DNA from: Neodothiora populina
Taxonomy: Eukaryota
Direction: 5' to 3'
Assembly: GCF_041146345.1 (NCBI RefSeq)
Contig: NW_027191405.1
Coordinates: 1,736,001-1,800,000 of the forward strand
Length of the DNA: 64,000 nt
Shown piece by piece: positions 58,811-64,000 of this stretch; positions within the stretch are counted from its first letter, which is position 1; each line of letters starts with the position of its first letter. The notes under the pieces were generated by a model that worked only from the letters and a program-made list of their open reading frames with translations, made no database searches and was not told the origin of the DNA. Made by a program: the position numbers and the translations under genes.

Positions 58811-61800
58811 ATGTCTCCGTCACCACCACTTGGTCGGGGCACTTCTCCCTCCCCAGCACCTGGACGAAGACCTCGCGCGCCTACTATCACCATAGATACC
58901 TCCGCTGTTCGTAGATCCTCCGAACTGCATCATCCTCAACCCCTAGAGACCCTGTCTGATACACATAACCACACACAGGGGGACGACTCATCATCAACAT
59001 CAGCTCTACGTCCTGCGCATGGCGTCCCGACTGAGACGAGGACAAGCAACTCGTTCGAGAGAGACAGCAGTAGACCTACATCTCCACACAACATCTCTTC
59101 GCCCACGCAGACCCTGGGAGACAAGTCCACGTTCTTGGCTGTTCCACATGCGCGATCGCGGACGAATTCCTTTGACACTGATGATGGCCAATCATCTTCT
59201 GGATCGACACATACGTATATCAATTCATCGCCAGACAACGATCGCACGCCAAAAGCATTTGCTGGTGATTCTCATGCCTCTTATGATTCAAATGATGTGA
59301 TCGGCGACGAGGATGCCTTGACGCCTGACCCTGGCACCGAGGCCGATTTCACCAGGGAAAATAACCCTTTCGCCTTCACTCCCGGTCAGCTCGGCAAAAT
59401 GTTCAATCCCAAGAGCCTAGGAGCCTTCCACGCTTTGGGCGGTTTAGCAGGTATCGAAAAGGGATTGCGATCGAATCGCCGAAGTGGTTTGAATTCGGAT
59501 GAGGAAATGGTCGAGGGTTCAGTCACATTCGAGGATGCTACCAAAGTCTCCAGTCCTTCTGCTTCATCTGGCACGACCGCTGCTGGCGGTTCTCCCATTA
59601 ACACAGATCACAAAGGTGAATCCAGGTCCGATTCTGGTTCATTTTCCGACCGCAAACGCATTTTCAGCGATAATCGCTTGCCTCAACGAAAGGGAAAGGG
59701 CTTCTTTGCCATCGCATGGGAGGCCTACAAGGACAAGGTTTTGTTGCTTTTGACTGCCGCTGCCATCATCTCTCTTGCTCTCGGCCTTTATCAAACCTTC
59801 GGTACCCCCCACACCCCTGATAATCCACCTGTAGAGTGGGTAGAGGGTGTCGCGATTATCGTTGCTATCCTCATCGTTGTCCTGGTCGGGTCCTTGAATG
59901 ACTGGCAGAAAGAGAAGCAATTCGTCAAGCTCAACAGAAAGAAGGATGAAAGAACTGTCAAGCTCATCCGCTCTGGCAAAACCCAAGAAATATCCATTCA
60001 CGACATCTTTGCTGGAGACGTTATGTTGCTCGAGCCTGGTGACATGGTTCCGGTCGATGGTATCCTTATCGAGGGCCACGGCGTTAAGTGCGACGAGTCC
60101 TCGGCAACTGGAGAGTCTGATATCATGAAGAAGACCGCCGCAGATGAGGTTTGGCGCGTCATGGAGGCCCATGAGCCCCTGAAGAAGCTCGACCCATTTA
60201 TCCTCTCTGGAGCCAAGGTCCAGGAAGGCGTTGGCAAGTTCCTAGTTGTTGCTACAGGTGTCAACTCCGGCTACGGCAGAACTATGATGTCTCTCCACGA
60301 AGATAGCGAAGTTACGCCTCTCCAGTTCAAGCTCAACTCGCTCGCTGAGTACATCGCTAAGCTTGGTGGAGCAGCCGCTTTACTTCTTTTCATTGTTCTC
60401 TTCATCAAATTCTGCGCTTCGTTACCTCACAGTCCCTTGACACCATCCGAGAAGGGCCAACGATTCCTTAACATTCTGATTGTAGCCGTTACAATCGTTG
60501 TTGTTGCCGTTCCTGAGGGCTTGCCTCTTGCAGTGACGCTTGCTCTTGCCTTTGCAACGAAACGCATGACCAAAGACAACAATTTGGTGCGTGTGCTGCG
60601 ATCTTGTGAAACCATGGGCAATGCAACTACAGTCTGCTCCGACAAGACAGGCACGCTGACCCAGAACGTAATGACGGTCGTTGCTGGCTCTCTGGGAACC
60701 ACATCTCGCTTCAGCAAGCAAAATCCGAACAGGACCGAAGCCGGCGAGGATCAAGCCGAGACTAGCAATGTCGACTCTGCTATGGGAGATCAAAGCGCTT
60801 CCCAGTTTATGGATTCGATCAGCGACTCGGTTAAGTCTACCTGGAAAGACTCCATTGCCCTGAACAGCACCGCTTTCGAAGGCGAAGAAGATGGCAAGCA
60901 GACATTCATCGGGTCAAAGACCGAGACAGCGCTACTTGCCTTTGCCCGTGACTTTCTTGCCATGGGTCCGGTGAGCGTAGAGCGATCCAACGCAGAAGTT
61001 GTCCAGATGATGCCATTTGACTCCGGAAGAAAGTGTATGGGTATTGTGCAGAAGATTGGCAACAAATACCGCCTTTACGTCAAAGGAGCATCAGAAATGA
61101 TGCTTAAGCACTGCACCAAGGTTATCAGGGACCCAAGCAAGGGTGTTGATGGCGTTTCCATTACTAATGACAATGTTGACACGCTCAACAAACTGATTGA
61201 GACCTACGCGTCCCGATCTCTTCGTACCATTGGCTTCATTTACCGCGACTTTGAACAGTGGCCACCTCGCGGAGTGCGGAAGCTCGAAGACGACCCCTCG
61301 CAAGCAAACTTCGAAGACGTGCTGAAAGACATGACTCTCTTTGGTATCGTCGGTATCCAGGATCCAGTACGTGAAGGTGTCGCAGAGGCGGTACAAGATT
61401 GCCTCAAAGCTGGTGTCTTCCCTCGTATGGTTACCGGTGACAACATCCTGACTGCAAAAGCCATTGCTACAGAGTGCGGTATCTTCACGGCTGGTGGAGT
61501 TGCTCTAGAAGGTCCAGTGTTCAGGAAGATGAGCCGCAAGGAGCAGCTCGAGATCATTCCCAAACTGCAAGTCCTCGCCAGATCATCACCAGACGACAAG
61601 AGAATCTTGGTCAAACGTCTCAAGGAAATGGGAGAAACAGTAGCGGTTACCGGTGACGGTACCAACGACGCTCCTGCTCTCAAGGCTGCCGACGTTGGCT
61701 TTTCAATGGGTATCGCTGGCACAGAAGTGGCAAAGGAGGCATCTGATATCATTCTTATGGATGACAACTTCGCCTCGATCATCAAGGCCCTCATGTGGGG

Positions 61801-63091
61801 TCGCGCCGTCAACGATGCAGTCCAGAAATTCCTGCAATTCCAGATTACTGTGAACATCACTGCCGTCTTACTCGCCTTTGTCTCAGCTGTCGCCAGTAAT
61901 GATGAAGAATCTGTCCTCACGGCTGTACAGTTGTTGTGGGTCAATCTGATCATGGATACATTTGCTGCGTTGGCGCTAGCTACCGATCCTCCAACTCGCA
62001 AAATCCTCGATCGTCCTCCTACACCAAAGTCTGCATCTATCATCACCCTGAGGATGTGGAAGATGATCATTGGTCAGGCAATTTTCCAGATCGTTGTCAC
62101 TTTCGTCCTCAATTTCGCCAAACACAAGGGTGGTAATGGAATCCTCTCTTACAACAATGAGCTGGAGGAGAGACGACTAGCTGCGCTTGTATTCAACACG
62201 TTTGTGTGGATGCAGATCTTCAACGAATTCAACAATCGTCGCTTGGACAACAAATTCAACATCCTTGAAGGCGTGCACCGCAATTCCTTCTTCATCGTAA
62301 TCAACATCATTATGATCGGTGGACAGGTCATGATCATCTTTGTGGGAGGCAGAGCCTTCAACGTGACAAGGCTTACCGGAGCGCAGTGGGGTCTATCGGT
62401 CGGATTGGGTGCTATATCGATCCCCGTTGGTGTTATAATTCGTCTGATTCCGGATAACTGGATCCGCGCGATGATCCCGGATTGGCTCAGACGTAAGGTC
62501 CAGCCCAAGGTAGCCATCACGGACGAAGAGACAAATCCGTTTGATGAATTCAATCGTGCGATTCAAGAGATCCGCGACGAGTTGACATTCATCAAGAGGA
62601 TCAAAGGCGGTCGACTCAACCAGCTCAAGTTTGCCGTACAACATCCACGCGAGGCTCTCCTTCATTCCCGAAGTCCATCGCGGTCTCGCAGTAGCATGTC
62701 GCTTCCGCAGACGCCGATTGGCGAGCACAGTGAACACGATGGCGGAGTTTCTCCTGCACCGTCTCATGCACCTTCGAGTCGTCGCCGTGGACGATCGCGT
62801 TCAAATTCGGCATTTGCTGGTGTAGCCGCCGCCGGCATTATGGCTGGCTCCATTGGCGGTTGGAGTCCAATCGATCGTAGTCATGGTGACGAGAGTCCAA
62901 GATACTCACATGCGCGGTCAAGGAGTGAGCTGAACCGTGAAAATGGAATAGATTTTCACCCAGACACCAAGTCTAGGGATCCCGTTGTCTTGGAGGATCC
63001 TATGGAGCAAACGGACGATCACCCACCGTCACAAGCCGTGAACACTACACCCAACTTTCCGGTGGGTCCCTTTAAGGGCTCCCCTTCATGA
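58811..63091 (+). CDS. PMC1: Vacuolar Ca2+-transporting P2B ATPase (PMCA-type), intronless
   Basis: DESSATGESD, VPEGLPLAVTL, DKTGT phosphorylation site, KGASE, MVTGDN, GDGTNDAPAL, QLLWVNLIMDT; 10 TM segments. Confidence 0.97.
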   Translation: MSPSPPLGRGTSPSPAPGRRPRAPTITIDTSAVRRSSELHHPQPLETLSDTHNHTQGDDSSSTSALRPAHGVPTETRTSNSFERDSSRPTSPHNISSPTQTLGDKSTFLAVPHARSRTNSFDTDDGQSSSGSTHTYINSSPDNDRTPKAFAGDSHASYDSNDVIGDEDALTPDPGTEADFTRENNPFAFTPGQLGKMFNPKSLGAFHALGGLAGIEKGLRSNRRSGLNSDEEMVEGSVTFEDATKVSSPSASSGTTAAGGSPINTDHKGESRSDSGSFSDRKRIFSDNRLPQRKGKGFFAIAWEAYKDKVLLLLTAAAIISLALGLYQTFGTPHTPDNPPVEWVEGVAIIVAILIVVLVGSLNDWQKEKQFVKLNRKKDERTVKLIRSGKTQEISIHDIFAGDVMLLEPGDMVPVDGILIEGHGVKCDESSATGESDIMKKTAADEVWRVMEAHEPLKKLDPFILSGAKVQEGVGKFLVVATGVNSGYGRTMMSLHEDSEVTPLQFKLNSLAEYIAKLGGAAALLLFIVLFIKFCASLPHSPLTPSEKGQRFLNILIVAVTIVVVAVPEGLPLAVTLALAFATKRMTKDNNLVRVLRSCETMGNATTVCSDKTGTLTQNVMTVVAGSLGTTSRFSKQNPNRTEAGEDQAETSNVDSAMGDQSASQFMDSISDSVKSTWKDSIALNSTAFEGEEDGKQTFIGSKTETALLAFARDFLAMGPVSVERSNAEVVQMMPFDSGRKCMGIVQKIGNKYRLYVKGASEMMLKHCTKVIRDPSKGVDGVSITNDNVDTLNKLIETYASRSLRTIGFIYRDFEQWPPRGVRKLEDDPSQANFEDVLKDMTLFGIVGIQDPVREGVAEAVQDCLKAGVFPRMVTGDNILTAKAIATECGIFTAGGVALEGPVFRKMSRKEQLEIIPKLQVLARSSPDDKRILVKRLKEMGETVAVTGDGTNDAPALKAADVGFSMGIAGTEVAKEASDIILMDDNFASIIKALMWGRAVNDAVQKFLQFQITVNITAVLLAFVSAVASNDEESVLTAVQLLWVNLIMDTFAALALATDPPTRKILDRPPTPKSASIITLRMWKMIIGQAIFQIVVTFVLNFAKHKGGNGILSYNNELEERRLAALVFNTFVWMQIFNEFNNRRLDNKFNILEGVHRNSFFIVINIIMIGGQVMIIFVGGRAFNVTRLTGAQWGLSVGLGAISIPVGVIIRLIPDNWIRAMIPDWLRRKVQPKVAITDEETNPFDEFNRAIQEIRDELTFIKRIKGGRLNQLKFAVQHPREALLHSRSPSRSRSSMSLPQTPIGEHSEHDGGVSPAPSHAPSSRRRGRSRSNSAFAGVAAAGIMAGSIGGWSPIDRSHGDESPRYSHARSRSELNRENGIDFHPDTKSRDPVVLEDPMEQTDDHPPSQAVNTTPNFPVGPFKGSPS

Positions 63092-63676
63092 GCAAGGTCT
63101 AAAGCTCAGAGATGAACCAAGATTGTCTATTGGTTTGATTTTAATATTGCGCGTTAGAGCGTTTCTTCTTCTTTTCGATGGGTGTTTTCCAAGCGGCATC
63201 AAGGGCTGGAATGAATACTGGCACAGGGTTGTCGCCAACAAATATGTCGTTTAATTATCGGCAGGCTACGTCGTCTGCGTTTGCCAACGGTCACGATGGT
63301 ACATACGTTTTTTATTCTGGGATATTCCTAACTTCGCAATACGATACCTTGGTTGTTTATGAGATTCACGCTTTAGTCCTTTGGCAAGTCAACCATGTCA
63401 AAAGTATATCAATAGAGTTGAAGAGGTTTGTCAAGTCGAACATGACAGATATCGCACAGCATACTACTCATACGACCATCATATACCCTTCACGTGAAAG
63501 GGTGATGATGATCGGATTTGGTGCTCAGCCCGCCATCGTACGACCACCATTTTAGTTTACTGCTTCATCCACAAAAGTCGCGTCTGGTACATACCATATC
63601 CCGCAAGTGATGGTACAGTTCAACGCTTCGTACTGCTCAGGCAAAAAAAAACACCAAACAAACGTCCAAAATCACA

Positions 63677-64000
63677 TCACCGCCAAGGATTCGAATCACC
63701 CTCGAGCTCAAAGACATCTCTAGGCTGCGCGCTTCCCTTGCTCAGCGGCCTCAGATTAATGTCGAAATCCTCGTCGTCAGCCGCAAGCCTATCAGTGATA
63801 CACCTAGTACGATGCAGCACCTCAGGGGCCAGCAGCCTCCCACGGTGCTCAGCAGCGACATGCTGCATGAGGACATCGACGCCATGAAACACGGCCGATT
63901 TCTGGCCCATGAACATACAGAACATGCACTGATAAGCATACCGCTCATTGCTCACTCTGTCCTGCTCGACATGCGACTTGGCGAGGAAGTGCCAGCGGAA
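63677..64000 (-). CDS. 3' part of a hypothetical protein with a Cys/His (zinc-binding-like) C-terminal block; continues beyond the window
   Basis: Open frame from the window end: FRWHFLAKSHV..YQCMFC..LMQHVAAEH..DFDINL, stop at 63677. Confidence 0.7.
   Translation of the reverse strand, partial: FRWHFLAKSHVEQDRVSNERYAYQCMFCMFMGQKSAVFHGVDVLMQHVAAEHRGRLLAPEVLHRTRCITDRLAADDEDFDINLRPLSKGSAQPRDVFELEGDSNPWR

Noticed and set aside
1..64000. Stop-codon readthrough (TGA-CTA) or cryptic PTS1 extensions; secondary-metabolite backbone gene; CRISPR or prokaryotic features
   Set aside because: None of the stop codons I inspected has the TGA-CTA context, no PKS/NRPS/terpene synthase motifs were seen, and the DNA is eukaryotic with no repeat-spacer array.

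Overview
Intron-containing genomic DNA of a filamentous ascomycete (Pezizomycotina). It shows short GT-AG introns with CTRAC-type branch points; there is no rRNA, tRNA, CRISPR array or intact transposon that I can support. About 24 protein-coding genes can be modelled, in order: bZIP TF, CIA30-family protein, F-box protein, Fmp52-like Rossmann protein, DUF2293 protein, Mtr-type amino acid permease, a fungal-luciferase (Luz/DUF5519) homologue, Sas10/Utp3, Tsc10, an alcohol acetyltransferase, a DHCR24-like FAD oxidoreductase, Cwf19, Npa3/GPN1, an Nrg1/CSP-1-like polyQ C2H2 TF flanked by about 12 kb of non-coding DNA, a Cys-GST, eIF3h, a conserved hypothetical, a succinyl-CoA-synthetase-like alpha-beta fusion, a small R3HCC1-C-terminus-like protein, SUMO, Cmc4, a nucleoside hydrolase, Pmc1 Ca-ATPase and a partial hypothetical. 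The most interesting item is the SCS-like gene (48585-50805, minus strand). Splicing joins alpha and beta halves into one ~700-aa ORF whose linker looks like a retained mitochondrial presequence with two MPP-type motifs, making it a candidate cleavable polyprotein. Its beta half has lost the ATP-grasp nucleotide site, while the phospho-His and CoA motifs are intact. All family assignments come from motif recognition by eye; no database search was run.
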